This document shows positions 39,737-53,103 of a stretch of 64,000 bases of DNA, one piece after another. The stretch is from Rozella allomycis CSF55 (Eukaryota). The stretch is from contig KE560848.1 in NCBI GenBank assembly GCA_000442015.1, positions 1 through 64,000 of the forward strand. Direction: 5' to 3'. The notes below the pieces were generated by a model, which worked only from the letters and a program-made list of their open reading frames with translations, did no database searches and was not told the origin of the DNA. Within the stretch, counting starts at the first letter, position 1. Every line of letters starts with the position of its first letter. The position numbers were made by a program, and so were the translations under genes.

Positions 39737-40820
39737 TTACATAAAATAACCGGGACCACCAGGTGGTGGAAACAGATCTGGATCTGGCTCTCCGCTATAT
39801 ACTTTTACACTTAATTCTTTACCTTGAAAATGGCCCCCGTGGTCGAAGATTAGGTCTAGCGGGCCTGCCAGTTAGCGGATCGATTGGGCTAATTGGATCA
39901 AAACGAGCTCCTGGTGGAACAGCACCACTAACTATATATGCGAGGAAATAACGTACAATGGTAGTGCCGGGTTCGGTGGAAACGCAGGATCAGTAAACAT
40001 TGGATGGTTTGGGCCAACATACATGCCACCTCCTGCAGAAGGTGCCCTGAAGGGACCCATAGGATCCAAATCATTGCTTCCAATTCCATACGGATTAGGC
40101 CTAATGTGTAATGATAGGTATTATTAAGTACATTGTTGGAACACCGTAATTCGGTTCCATGAAATATGGTCTTGCAGGTGGAATGTATGAAGGCGGAGGT
40201 GGATAATTTTGACGAGCTTGACTTTGATTTGTTGACGAAGCTGCTGTTGAGCTAGATTCTTCATAACCTTCTTTGTGCAGCCCGGGTATCAACTTTTGCA
40301 ATATCTGTTCTTTTAATTTTATCATCAAGTCATATAAACAAGGAAATAAACTCACTTCTGGATTTTCTAGTCTTGATATGTCATCACGAACACATTCTGA
40401 TAATTTTAACTCGAGTGTGTTAATTTTTCCATCCTATTCATGAAACAGTAAATGAATTACTTGAATGGCATATCCATGAACGATGAATTTGTCGGATAAT
40501 TTCAAGCATTTCAAAAGAAATGTCATTGCTGATTGTGGATGCTTGTACCTAAAGGTGAATGTTTCTTGGTTATTATTCCATGTTTCCGGTAATAGGCGGA
40601 TATCTGAATTATTAGGATCAATGGGTGCTATTTAAAGAGAATTATAGCAAGTACCATTTTCTGATTCGCTATTGCCTAAAAACTGGAAACCGAGGTTAAG
40701 GAATGCAGCATGAAAGAGTAATGCTAAAGCGTCGCACTGAGACTTTAGACGGGTTTTGGACTGTGAAAGACAATTTTTGAGAGTGCCTAGGAGATTATTG
40801 CTCGAGAGTGGATTCTGCAT
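39737..40820 (-). CDS. PSMF1: Proteasome inhibitor PI31
   Basis: N-terminal DALALLFHAAFLNLGF; IGSNDLDP, GGMYVGPNHPMF, VPPGARFDPI and EPDPD. Confidence 0.9.
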
Positions 40821-40914
40821 GCCAAGCCATCAAAAATCAAGATGAATAAAAATTGTCTCTGCTATGATGTTTACATCAAGTATGAATTAGTATAAATTTA
40901 AGTTTAATAATAAT

Positions 40915-43828
40915 TTATTTTAAAAATCGAGTGTTCAATTTGTTGATATCTTCCTGATTGAGAATATTGCTCTGTGCAAGAAGATTATCCCAAGTATGAC
41001 CAATCATATCTCTATATCCAACAACAATCTAAATAAAGTTGAAATAAAATATTTACATTCTTGAATCTTTGCTCTAATACCTCTGGCGCGCCATGGTACG
41101 ATAAAAAGGAGTAACAAACGAATGGAATGTGCTATAATAAATGAATTTGAATGAACTTACTTTGGTCACTTTGTTGGGATCAGCCATTATCGCGTCGCAA
41201 AGACCATCGAACGCGGACACTTTTTCGCCTGGAGAAACGACATAGTTCAACGCGATGCACCTTTTTAAATTTAAGGGAATGAACATACCAAGAGGGTAAA
41301 AAGCCTGTTGAGAATAGCGCGGCAACTTTTAAAGGACAAACGGTGGCCATTCTCCCAATGAGAATTGCAATATTTTCCAGGACTTGGCGTCTATTATTTT
41401 GCTGGGATAAAACTTTTAATGCTTTTTGCATGATGTGATCTGCATATTGTTCAATGTTGCTGCCCCAGCCAATTGTAATTACCGAGAGTGCCCAGAATAG
41501 GTTTGAAGTCAAGACAGACCACATTGGATCCAGAACATCGGGAATGAGTTTAATCAAGATTGGAATGACCATTGGTAAAATTGGCAAAATATTGTTAAAA
41601 GAGTGGCTGGCCATGTCGCCTATAAGCATGACAGCAGATTCAACAACAGATTTATCAGGATCATTGACAGCCTTTAGAAGTAATTCATAAAATTCTTGTT
41701 TTTTAGATGAGAGAATTGGATCAATGGAGTTTCCTAATCCTTCAAAGCACGCAGCGATTGCGTCTATAGCCGAAGTTTCAATGTCTAGTTCTGGTTCATC
41801 TCTTGAAGGATCAGCGACAAATAGTTCTTGTTCGTGAACAGATAGTTTCCACATATTGAGGGAATGAATAAAGACTTGATTTGAAAATTCAATAGCATGA
41901 ACACCTCCCGCCAAAACAAGACTTGTTACCGCCTAATATTGACCAGGGTTGATTATTACTTCCATGACTCCATAAACGAGTACATCTGATACGTGTAATT
42001 GATTCAATAGATTTATAAAAAACGGACAAAGAATTTCCAGATATTGTGGAGCGTTGAGTTGTTCACTGCAATTTTCAATGAGGGAGCGAATGGAATCCAA
42101 GACTACGAGTTGATTTCTTTTGCTGTCGTATGATTTGAATGCGTTAATGTAAGAGTTTATTATAGCAAGAAGATATTTTTCCATAAAAGGACCAGCTGAG
42201 TCTTGAAACATTGACAAGGCAGTACATGCGGATTGTTGAACGTAAGAACTTTTATCCATAAGTCTATGAAGAAGCTAAAAATAAATTAAAAATGAAACAG
42301 TTACAGCTTCAAGAAGAGGAGCAAAATATTTAGAGTCGTCGTGATGGATAGTTTCAGTGAACCAAGTAGCGTATCTACTCAAGCACCAACAAGTGATTGA
42401 TCTAACAAGAGGCTAAATTAAACAAAATAAAAATAGAAATACGCGAGGATGATTAATATTTTCCATTAGAAAAGGAAAAAGTTGAGGTAGATTTTGGGAA
42501 ATGACTTGTTCGCAGCCTTCAGCGATGGCGCCAAGAGCTAAAATTCCAACTTCTTTTATTTCCCATTGTTGGTTTAGAATGTAATTATTTATTGTGGGAA
42601 GAAGAATCTTTAGAAAATCATTCATTAATTGTTTTTGTGTTGCTAAAATGTCAATTGTTGCTGCTGAACATTTTCTTAAATTCCAATCACCAAAATCATC
42701 TTCTAAATCATCATCATCTTCTTCATCTTCATCATCTTCATTAGATCTATTTTTCTGTTTATGATGGCGTGGTTTTAGATTATCTTTTCTTTCTATAGAT
42801 CCAGTTAATTCATCTCCATGTTGAATAACAATTTCATATTCTGGCAAATAGATCATATTTTTCATTAAAAGTGGAATTAATCTATCAAAATAAGGAACCA
42901 ACATTTTGCACAACTCTTGCATTTCTGCCATCGCTAGAAAAAATTCTGTCGCTTCTTGCGCTACATGCGAATCTTTAGAATTAGACGCAATGTCTATCAT
43001 GTATTCAATAACCGATGGATACAATTGTTGCAATGAAACACCATAAGTCTCCAAAAGGGAAACTAAACAACGACAAAGCGGGACTTTAATTTCTTCACTC
43101 TTTTCTTGATTAGACAATGACGCCAACAAGCCAACAAACTTTTCTAAATTCTTATTCAATGCTTCAGACGACAATGAAATCAAATGATTCAAACAATCCA
43201 ACGCTTTAACTTTCATAATAATCTGTGGATGCTGCAACAAATTCAACAAAAATGGAACAACATTTTCAAGTGGCTTGCTAGCATGATGCTCCAACTCTTT
43301 CACATTATCCTCACAAATTTTAGTCAAAGCATTCAGATATCCCTTTTCACTGCCTTTCAACATTCATACCAGTTTATAATGCACTTCAGGGTTCATAAAC
43401 ATCCCCATCAACTGTGACAACAAATCTGGCCACAAATCCAACGTCCCCTGTGCAATCAATGTAGTAATCAATGTTCCAGACGTATTGCTCACCAAAGCCA
43501 TCTCACACGCCAAAGCCTGCAAAGACGCTTGCTTCATAAATTCAATCTGCTCTCTCGCCATTGTCGACAAGTCCATATATCTCAACTGGTTTTTCAACGA
43601 TAATCCTGCTATAGCGCGTATATCAGCATTCACACTCGAACTGCCAAAAATATACACATAGTACATGTTCAAATCTACTGTACTCGCCCTAAGATTCGCC
43701 AATTCCTTTTCTCAAAATAAAAAATATTATACCGTTTGCAACGCCTTTTGACTAGCTGTATCGCCATGAGAAGCGTGCGAAAGTACTCTTGTTAAACGCG
43801 AAAGTATCTCTGGGTTCGGATTCCACAT
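40915..43828 (-). CDS. KAP104: Transportin / importin beta-2
   Basis: RAIAGLSLKN, ALTKICED, acidic loop followed by WNLRKCSAATID, LALGAIAEGC and ENIAILIGR. Confidence 0.93.
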
Positions 43829-43993
43829 TCTTAATGCTGCTGACCCTGGCTATAGTGATTGAAAAATGAAAAGAAAAATAGATCCAAATTAAGTTGGTAA
43901 CACCAAATAAATATAGGAAATAGGTGTAATTTATTATGTACTGTATTCTCTTCTTTTTATTTCATGCTCGCTATTTTATTGAAATTTACTAAA

Positions 43994-46397
43994 ATGGCAG
44001 GCAAGCATTGGTCTCTTGATAACGACGAAGAAGACGGATACGAAGTTAACCATGACTCAAATGAAAATAAAGCCAACAATCAAAACGATGAAATAGACCC
44101 TTTGGATGCTTTTATGGAAAATGTTACCCAAGAAGTGCAACAGTTGCTGTATGAAGACTCTATGAAACCAAAGCAAAACAAAAAGCTTAAAGACAGAGAC
44201 GAAGATGAAGAGTTTGTTCCCGAAAAGAGCAAATATGAAATAGAAGAAGAACTTTTCAAGTAAAAAGATGCAAATGTTGTCATTTAGTATGAGGAGGTTG
44301 CAAAAGAAAGATGTTATAGCGGTGGATCACAATCAAATTGAATATGAACCGTTTAGAAAGAATTTTTACATTGAAACGGCTGAAATAGCTGCTATGGATG
44401 ATGACGATGTTTCTATTCTGAGAGAACAAATGGATGGAATTAAAGTCAAGGGGGTTAAATGTCCCAAACCAATAAAGAAATGGAGTCAATGTGGATTAAA
44501 CTTGAAAATTCTGAATGTCATTAAAAAGTTGGAATACGAAAAACCAACACCCATTCAAGCACAAGCGATTCCAGCTATTATGTCAGGCAGAGACGTGATT
44601 GGTGTAGCTAAAACTGGTAATTCATTTTGATTTTATTAAAAAGGATCTGGGAAAACAATTTCCTTTCTTTTGCCAATGTTTAGACACATTCTAGATCAAC
44701 GATCTTTGCGACCAACTGAAGGTCCAATTGCGATGATATTAACACCCACGAGAGAATTAGCGGCACAAATTTACACTGAATGTCGAAGATTTGGAAAAAT
44801 TTTAGGAATCAGATCTGTGTGTGCATATGGAGGTGCGCCAATAAAAGAGAATATTAGTGAAATGAAGAGAGGAACAGAAATTATTGTTTGTACTCCTGGT
44901 AGAATGATTGATTTGCTAACTGCGAATAATGGAAAAGTGACTAATCTTAGAAGAGTTACGTATGTTGTTTTAGATGAAGCTGACAGAATGTTTGATTTGG
45001 GATTTGAACCACAAGTTATGAAAATTGTAACGAATGTTAGACCAGATTCTCAAAATGTTATGTTTTCAGCTACATTCCCACGCCAAATGGAGGCTTTAGC
45101 AAGAAGCATTTTAAAGAATCCAGTTGAAATTGTTGTGGGTGGAAGAAGCATTGTGTGCAACGATGTCACCCAGTACATTGAAGTGGTAGACGAAGACCAA
45201 CGCTTTAATCGCCTGCTGATGATACTTGGAGAATGGCAGGATGTGACTGGAAGAGTTTTAATTTTTGTTGATACTCAAGACAGGGCTGATACTTTGCTTA
45301 GAGATTTAATGAAAAAGGGTTACCCGTGTATGTCTCTGCATGCTGGCAAAGATCAACTTGATAGAGTTTCTATTATAACTGATTTCAAATCTGGAATTTG
45401 TAATCTATTAATTGCGACATCTGTTGCTGCTAGAGGTTTAGACGTTAAAGAATTAAATCTCGTGATAAACTTTGATTGTCCAAATCACTATGAAGATTAC
45501 ATCCATCGCGTTGGAAGAACAGGCAGAGCTGGCAGAAAAGGAACAGCGTTTACTTTTATTACCCCAGACCAGGAAAAGTATGCCCCAGACCTTGTTAAAG
45601 CATTAAAGTTGTCAAATACGCCTGTGTCAGATGAGTTGCAAAAATTGGCTGATGAATTTAAAGAACAAGTCAAGAAAGGAAACGCTGAATTTTCAGGCAG
45701 GGGTTTTGGCGGGAAAGGGTTGGAAAGAATGGATCAAGAAAGAGAACAAATGAAAAGAACTCAAATTCTTGCTTATGGAGAAGAAGGTGATGATTCCGAT
45801 GAAGAAATGGTTGAAATGGATGGTGATGTGAAAGTTGTGTCTCGAACTACTGGTCAAGTTGTAGACTACAGTAACAAATTAATTTAAAAGGAAAAGGCAA
45901 AAAGGAAACGGAGGATGAAACTGAAGATTTCTCTGAAGCAATTCAAAAGTCTAGAGAGGTTATTAACAGAATAAATCAAAGAATTAAAGAATATTTAACA
46001 CAAACTCATGGGAGAGATGTTGCTGAAGAAATGCTCACTGCTAAGGAAGAACAAAGAAAATACATTTGTGAATTTGACATTAACGATTACCCTCAATATT
46101 CTAGAATGAAAATTACTAGCAGAGTAAACAATAAGAATATTAATAAGTTAGGATAGTTTGGCAGTTCTATTTGATACTTGCCGCGCTACAGTTACAGCCA
46201 GAGGCTCCTACGTTCCACCTGGCAGACAGCCTAAGCATGGAGATAGAAGATTGCATCTTTACATTGAATCTGATTCTGAATATAATCTAACAAGGGCACG
46301 ATCTGAAATTAAAAGAATCCTTAATGAAGCTGCCTTGGAAGCAATTGAAATGGGCAACATTGAATCCGTCGGCGGTGGAAAATATTCAGTTCTTTAA
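43994..46397 (+). CDS. PRP5: Pre-mRNA splicing DEAD-box helicase Prp5/DDX46
   Basis: [47 protein letters not shown] and GKYSVL. Confidence 0.95.
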
Positions 46398-46424
46398 TAA
46401 ATTATTTTGGAATCATTTTTTCTT

Positions 46425-47555
46425 TTATTTTCCCTTTTTGAGAAACGGCGTTATTTCTTCTCTTGAAAAGATTCTTGTCTTCTCTTTAAGCATTTTAACA
46501 ATCTCAGCACAGGAAGGTTCTTCTTCTTTTGGTCCAATGTGAACCCAATAACTGGCTAATTTCTCATAATTCTTTGTCATTAACAACCACCAAATATAAT
46601 CATAACTAGTTTCCTTGAACACTATCGCCTTGCTTTCATAATACGTTTGCCTATTCTGAATGAGATTGGCGGGATGTTCAAGATAATGTCTCAATGGATG
46701 CAAATGATGAGACGCATGATACCCATCATTAAAACAGTCTCTATTATACACACAGTGCACTAATGTTATAGAATTCTGCAATCCACCACCAAGTGGGTTA
46801 GTTCTTTCAAGAAATGAATGCTGAACCCAATTCCCTTGCATCATTCCAAATCTAACAATATTAAACGGCAGAATAAAAGACATAAAAGTAGCCATAAAAT
46901 CAACATTCAAGGCCAAATGGATCATTGCCAAATAACAGCTGATTTCCATTGCCATCATTCTCATCGGTTCCTTCACCCTTCCTCGCTTCACAAAGAACAT
47001 TGGTAGCTCAAACCATGCAAGAAAGTAGAAACGAAAAAAATAACACACAAAATGAAAGAAATTGTCTCTTTGGTAAAACAATGTGCATGAAAGATCTTCA
47101 GGTCCATTATCTGTAACATGATGCATTTTCAAATGATGCCAATAGTACGAATACGGCGTTTGTCCAAAGAAAGGTGCTAATAAAACAGGTATCAAATGGT
47201 TCATAAATCCAATCTCTTTTTTAAAAAGTGCAGAATGTGAAGATACATGCAGAGCAAGAACATAGCGACGGGTCCAAACAGCTAACAATATTGAATGCAA
47301 AATCAGGTGAATGAAACTTACCTTGTATGCATACATTATTGCGGATGAAATCGGTGCAAGTAGCCCTACTAGCGCTACTGTTACCACTTCAACATCTAGT
47401 GGGTGATTAATAAACTTGCGAACGAACTCTTCGTACTTGTTCTGAGGCGGTGGTATCTGCTTTTCTTTCTGGGTATTGATTTGCCAATTTTCATCGATTG
47501 CTTCTAGTATATTGTCATCTGTCACTTCTAAAATGTCCACTGATCGAGGAGGCAT
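46425..47555 (-). CDS. Membrane fatty-acid desaturase-superfamily protein
   Basis: Histidine boxes HVSSH, HHLKMHH, QH and HASHH; intronless. Confidence 0.88.
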   Translation of the reverse strand: MPPRSVDILEVTDDNILEAIDENWQINTQKEKQIPPPQNKYEEFVRKFINHPLDVEVVTVALVGLLAPISSAIMYAYKVSFIHLILHSILLAVWTRRYVLALHVSSHSALFKKEIGFMNHLIPVLLAPFFGQTPYSYYWHHLKMHHVTDNGPEDLSCTLFYQRDNFFHFVCYFFRFYFLAWFELPMFFVKRGRVKEPMRMMAMEISCYLAMIHLALNVDFMATFMSFILPFNIVRFGMMQGNWVQHSFLERTNPLGGGLQNSITLVHCVYNRDCFNDGYHASHHLHPLRHYLEHPANLIQNRQTYYESKAIVFKETSYDYIWWLLMTKNYEKLASYWVHIGPKEEEPSCAEIVKMLKEKTRIFSREEITPFLKKGK

Positions 47556-47631
47556 GGCGGGTGGTGGCTTTGCAAATCACACTTTTGTAAACCATTACAA
47601 ACTACAATGAAAAATTTATTAATTTGCAAAT

Positions 47632-50073
47632 CTATGTTGTAGAATATCTGGAAGTCATATTTGGGGGTTTAGTCAAAATGGCTTGAGGCGATTCAAATAG
47701 GCGGCTGCATTCGTCAACAAGAGACGCTGATATTTGTTTGCATCCTGTTACATTAAGAGAAAGTAAATTTTTCGCATAATTTATAATCGAGCGCACTCCA
47801 CTATCAGTAAGACCAACACACCCTCGCATGTTCAATGTCTTTAAATTTTTAAGTTTCATTGCTATTAGTTCTACTTTGTTATCGGTAACAGAAGATCCAC
47901 AAAATGAAAGGTCTAAAGATTCCAAATCAAAAGAGTCTGCAATGATAGACAATGCCTCTGGACTAAGGGAACAACAAAATGACAAGTTTAGTGTCTTAAG
48001 ATTTGGCATACCTTTTGAACAAGCAGATATTGCAGCATCAGTAAGAAACGAACAATCCGAGAGATCCAAGTCAGTCATACTTTGCATCAGATTGTTATCT
48101 AGCTCATAAAACCCAGCGTCACTTATTCCAGTACATCTTTGTAAATTCAAGGATCTCAAATTTTTGCCCATCTGGCAAATAAATAGCATGGTATTGTTTG
48201 TAAGGAGCTTGCAATAAGAAAGTGACATGCTTTCTATCAAAGGCGCGTTTAGCAGTAAAGCATGAATAGCGTCATCATCAATTTTACGACAATTAGATAA
48301 ATTAATTGATTTCAAAAGGCCGCATTTCTGGGCCAAATATGAAACTCCAACATTTGTTATATCCCAGCATGAATGCAAATCAATCGTTTCAAGATTTTCA
48401 AGAAAATCTGCACTGTCAATAATAGCTTTATCGTTAATTTGGTAACACAGTCTTAAAGTCAGGTGTTTTGTATGGGGTGAAAAATGTGAAACTGTATTAA
48501 TGAAGTCTTGTGGAGTGATTTTCTTGTTGATGGGAACAAAGTCTAAATTGTTTCCTGAATGCTCCATTTTGCTTCCACGAAACCACATTTGATTAATGCT
48601 TCTACAAATCAGCTTATCCTTTAAAGGAAGGAACTTTAATATATGGCTAATGCAAAGCTCTGTGTTTTCATTGGAGCCATTGTTCTTGGATGATATTAAT
48701 GAATTCTTAAGGGGACTAGAGTACGATGATAAGTTGTTTTTGGATGCCGCTAGGTTCGCCAATCTAGAATCCGCCCAAACCGCAACACCTCTATTTTACC
48801 ATCAAATATTTTACTCGCACGTCGTTTTAACGGGTTAAATGACAATGCTTCATTGGTAGGCATCAAGAAACCTGATGTTTCCTTGTTCTCGATTTTTGAC
48901 TCGATCTCAAATGGAACATCGATTTTTAGCTCAAAAGTAGGATGGTCGTTCGTCAACCCATTTTCACAATTTAAAGAGTTGTTAAGAGATGAATATAACT
49001 AGATTAAATGCAACCGAATAAGTTACACTGTGACTTGAGCCCATGGATATAGAATTTTCGATGGAACACATAGAGGATAAAACTTCTTTCCCTCGATCCA
49101 TGTCATTTAAAATATGCCGTTTAATAACTAGCATAAAGCAATCCGTTGCCGCTACGGCATTATAACAGTAAGTTTCTGAGGCTAATGATCCTCCGACAAA
49201 TGAATCATATTTAAACATTTTGACAATGTTTTCATTGTTACTTTGACTAATAAGATCTACGGTGCCATCCAAAACTATAAATACGTTTGTCGCAGGATCT
49301 GACACACTAAAGATGATATCATCAGCCTTGTATTCTCTTTTTTCAAGTATGTCGCACAAGCTTTTCAAGATTGAAGAATCGTTAATAAAGTTCAAGGCTT
49401 TCACCTCTCAAGTTTCTAAATTACTCTTACTTTCATTAAACTATCAAGAATAGTTTCTTCATTATTCTTTCTTATTCCGTCAGCCCCATTTTTTCTGTTT
49501 TGAACCAAATCGTACCTTTCCTGTGCTATTTTCTTAAAATGAGCTTCGATTTGCGGTTCAGATGCAAGCATTTGCTGCAAATGTCCCCCAGTTAAAGCAC
49601 TTACAATGCATTTTGTTTTAGCAATGACAGATGCCGTTCTTGGACAGTCAAAAAGTAGAGCAAGCTCGCCAAAGAATAGTCCTTGCTTTAATTCAGCCAA
49701 TATGATTTCAGAGTCTCCAGCGATGACATTAACAGTACCTTTGCTTAATTGATATGATGAATGAAACCTTTGAGTAAAAAGAACATGGTCTTTCCATGAT
49801 CACCTTCTTGAATAATAGTGCTTCCAGGCTGATAGATGCGGACATTCATGGTAGATGCGAGATTGAGAATAAAGTCTTCTGAAGCTGTCGAGAACATGTC
49901 ATGAGACTTTAAATTGGTCACCAATTCAAACATCCTAGGAGAATCTACAGGAATGTCTCCAACGGGAGAAGCTACTATCGTTATGAATTGTGAAACACAT
50001 TACATTTGGCCTTTGACAAAGATATACTCTTGGTTTTGGCGAAATTTGTCTGAACTTCAGGAGGTTTCTGCAT
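47632..50073 (-). CDS. Cyclic-nucleotide-binding domains plus F-box plus LRR protein
   Basis: IIQEGD...FFGELALLFDCPRTASV, a degenerate second cNMP domain, F-box-like HILKFLPLKD...RSINQMW and Cys-containing LRRs. Confidence 0.88.
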
Positions 50074-50452
50074 TGACAGCGAAATATCTCCGATACTATT
50101 GAAATCACATAGATTAAAATAATGAAAAGTATTTTATTTAGTCATTTTCAGTAAAACTAAAGAATCATCTAATGTTAGAAAAGTTCTTCAAAAGAAATAG
50201 TGAAAATAAAAGTTTCAGGGAAGTCTTCCGTGCATCGTGTTCGGCCAAGAACACTCAAACAAGAGGTGTCAGAATATTTGGCAAAAAGCACTCATCATTT
50301 AAAAAGAAGTGTTCAAAGTTGGATCGCTTACCGATTGGAATTTACAACAAGGGTTGAAAAAAAATTGCTGAAATTTATACCTAACATCAGCCACAGTAGT
50401 TAATGAAGACTTGAAAATGTACCACTTTAATGTCCATTAATCTGAATATAAT

Positions 50453-52958
50453 TTATTCATCCAAATCTTCTTGTTCTTGCAAGCGATCATGTATATCATG
50501 CGTTGATCTGTATCGACTCCAGGTTGTCGAGTGAATGTCATTTCCTGTTTTTTGTTGTTCATAGTCATTTAATGGCCTTATCATAAAAGGAACATGAGGT
50601 GATTTTTGACCCCTTGAATAGACCAAGTCGCGCTCATTGCACAGAGTTTGATATCTATATAGCACTCTAATGTTTGGTAGGTTGGTCTTCTTAATATCTA
50701 TAAAACTATTTTTAAAACATTACCATTTCCGCGGGGACCTTCGAGGTGAAAATTGTGACCAAGCCATCTCTTTTTCATGCTTGCCTCAAATCCAGACTGA
50801 AGGACGCTGTTTCTGGAAATCTCACTCATATCAGCAGAAGATAATTTCCAAATCTTGGGTTGTAAATACAGTTTTGGATTACTTGGGCAGCTACAGAATA
50901 TTCTTCAATTAATGGTTCCTTTGTGAAATGAAATTGAAGAGGATCATCAGTAGATAGAGAAACATTTAAACCCCTTTGAAAGAATTGAGGAAACGGATTT
51001 CTTTCATACGTCAAGAAAAGAGCATTGTTGCTTAATGGTGACATTGCTATTCCAATTTGTTTTAAATAGAACAAGTATTGCAATACTGGAACTTTCCTTA
51101 ACAAAATTCCATGAGCGATAGAATGTGAAGTCAAGAAACTGCATGATAAATGATCTGTGTCCCCAGCTTCTCCGCAATGTGGCCTTAAAGTGAAGGTATC
51201 AAATATTTGAGATGAATTAAAATATTACTTAATCCTCTTGCTTTTCTTAATTGATTCAATGAGCAGATGTTAGCATACATGTAATAAATGTAATAAGAAT
51301 ATGGGGGATTCATTTTTGACGTCCACATTTTTGGTAGTGGAAATCTAGTTTATGAATCTCATACTAATAATACTTTTTATGAATTCTCCTTTCTGGTTTT
51401 GATTCATCATCGACAGAGTCGAAACCAACCACCCTTTTAAGGAAAATAGAGAGCTTTGGATTGGAAGCGGGATTCATGGAAACTTCAAAAAGGGGTTCAA
51501 ACACATCTTTCATAATCAGTTAATGCACTTTACTTGATATGAATTCTTCAAAGTTTGACAAAACTTGGCTTGATTTGTAAACACTAAATAGCCTGGGAAC
51601 CTGTACAAGCCACCTGACGTTATCGGAAACAATTTGGTTGTCACAAATCCATGCCGCCAATTTTGTCCATTCATCTTTTGATTTGCCATAAATCGATATG
51701 CGATATTCAGCCATTTGGTATTTGCTAGCCTCCAAGTCTGAAATCACCTCCTTTGTTAATTCTGCTAAATATCTCCCCTCAATATGATTATCAGTCTTTA
51801 AGAATATTTCTCTCAATCTACTTTCACCTACAGGATTATACTTTAAATTAAAATTATCGAATCTATGAAATGAATCTTTATGCGCCTATTATTTAAGCAG
51901 TAATCAAGTCTTACATGCATATCCAATGTATCTATACTTAAATCATACGCTGTCAAGTTCAAACTCTCAAATACTTGTTCCAACGTCAAATACTTGTTGT
52001 CTCTATAAATCACAATGTCCTTTCTTCATTAATTTCTTTTACTTACTTTTGGAAAAGATTTAATTTTTGATTTTATAAATCTCAATAAATGCTTCAAATT
52101 CATGCAAGACGAATGATGTACGTGAGTGTCAACTTTTCTCACATTATAGAAATCTCTATGGGGAACTCTTTTTTGCGCCCTCATTTCTTTATATTCATTT
52201 AACATTAAATAAAGATTATATTGAGATTCTAAAAACCTTAACCTTCTAAATGAAAATGATTTAGCAGGACCATCGGAAATAACGGACAGTATGAATTCAT
52301 TATCTTGATAATATTCCTTAATGGTTGGCACTTCAAACACCTGCTTCTTCTTCATGTGATCATAAATTCTAAACACTCCATCTTCATCCATTTTGTACAT
52401 CCAGTTATGTTCAAGCGATATATGTGGTAACATATCACATTTATTAATATCATACGACGCCAAACAATATGATTTCCCTCTATTCCTGGTTTGATCTTCA
52501 GCAAGGGGTGGTTCGATCTCCCAATCATCCCTGTCCTTGGGATTATCAAACTGGCTGCTCAATTTTAAATACTTATCCCTCAAATCCATGCATTTTATTA
52601 AACGGTCATATATATCTTTCACCTCTTCTGTCACTTCAAGCGTCTCTATAATTCACAAATCTATTTCGACTTACCTAATATGCTATTGTCGTCCAAGTCC
52701 AAATTTTCCATGCTCAATTCAAAATCATTTTCACCGGCCTGCATTTTTGGTGTTTGGTTCAAAAGCATTCTTATTCCTTCCTACCTCTTTGAAAATATGT
52801 TCAATTACATTTCCAATTTGTCTATCCATATGAGCCGAAAAGAATGGGGTCTGATCAGGTACCAAAAGGTCAGGCTCGCTCAAATTTATAGATGAACTGC
52901 TCTTAAATACATCATTGTCTTGATGTGCAGAAATCAATTTAGTGACTCGGTCTGTCAT
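50453..52958 (-). CDS. AMD1: AMP deaminase
   Basis: [31 protein letters not shown] and [11 protein letters not shown]. Confidence 0.97.
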
Positions 52959-53103
52959 TAAGAAATTTCAAAAATTAAGAATGTTCTTTTTGGAAATATT
53001 TTTTCAGAGGGCCCACGTTGTATTAATGAATTGAACATTTTCATGAATAATTTGCAAGGGTAAAAATCTCGGTAGATCCACAAAAATTCAAAACTTAGCC
53101 ACT

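Noticed and set aside
19545-46397. Three DEAD-box helicases as a functional cluster; Prp28 and Prp5 lack long RS N-termini
   Set aside because: They belong to different subfamilies, are separated by unrelated genes, and short N-termini are common in compact fungal genomes.
50370-50437. Minus-strand MDIKVVHFQVFINYCG-TGA-C resembling a selenoprotein redox motif
   Set aside because: The spacing is not CxxU, it is followed immediately by TAG and TAA, and I found no convincing SECIS.
50122-50440. Possible small spliced plus-strand gene
   Set aside because: Several splice solutions are possible and none gives a recognisable protein.
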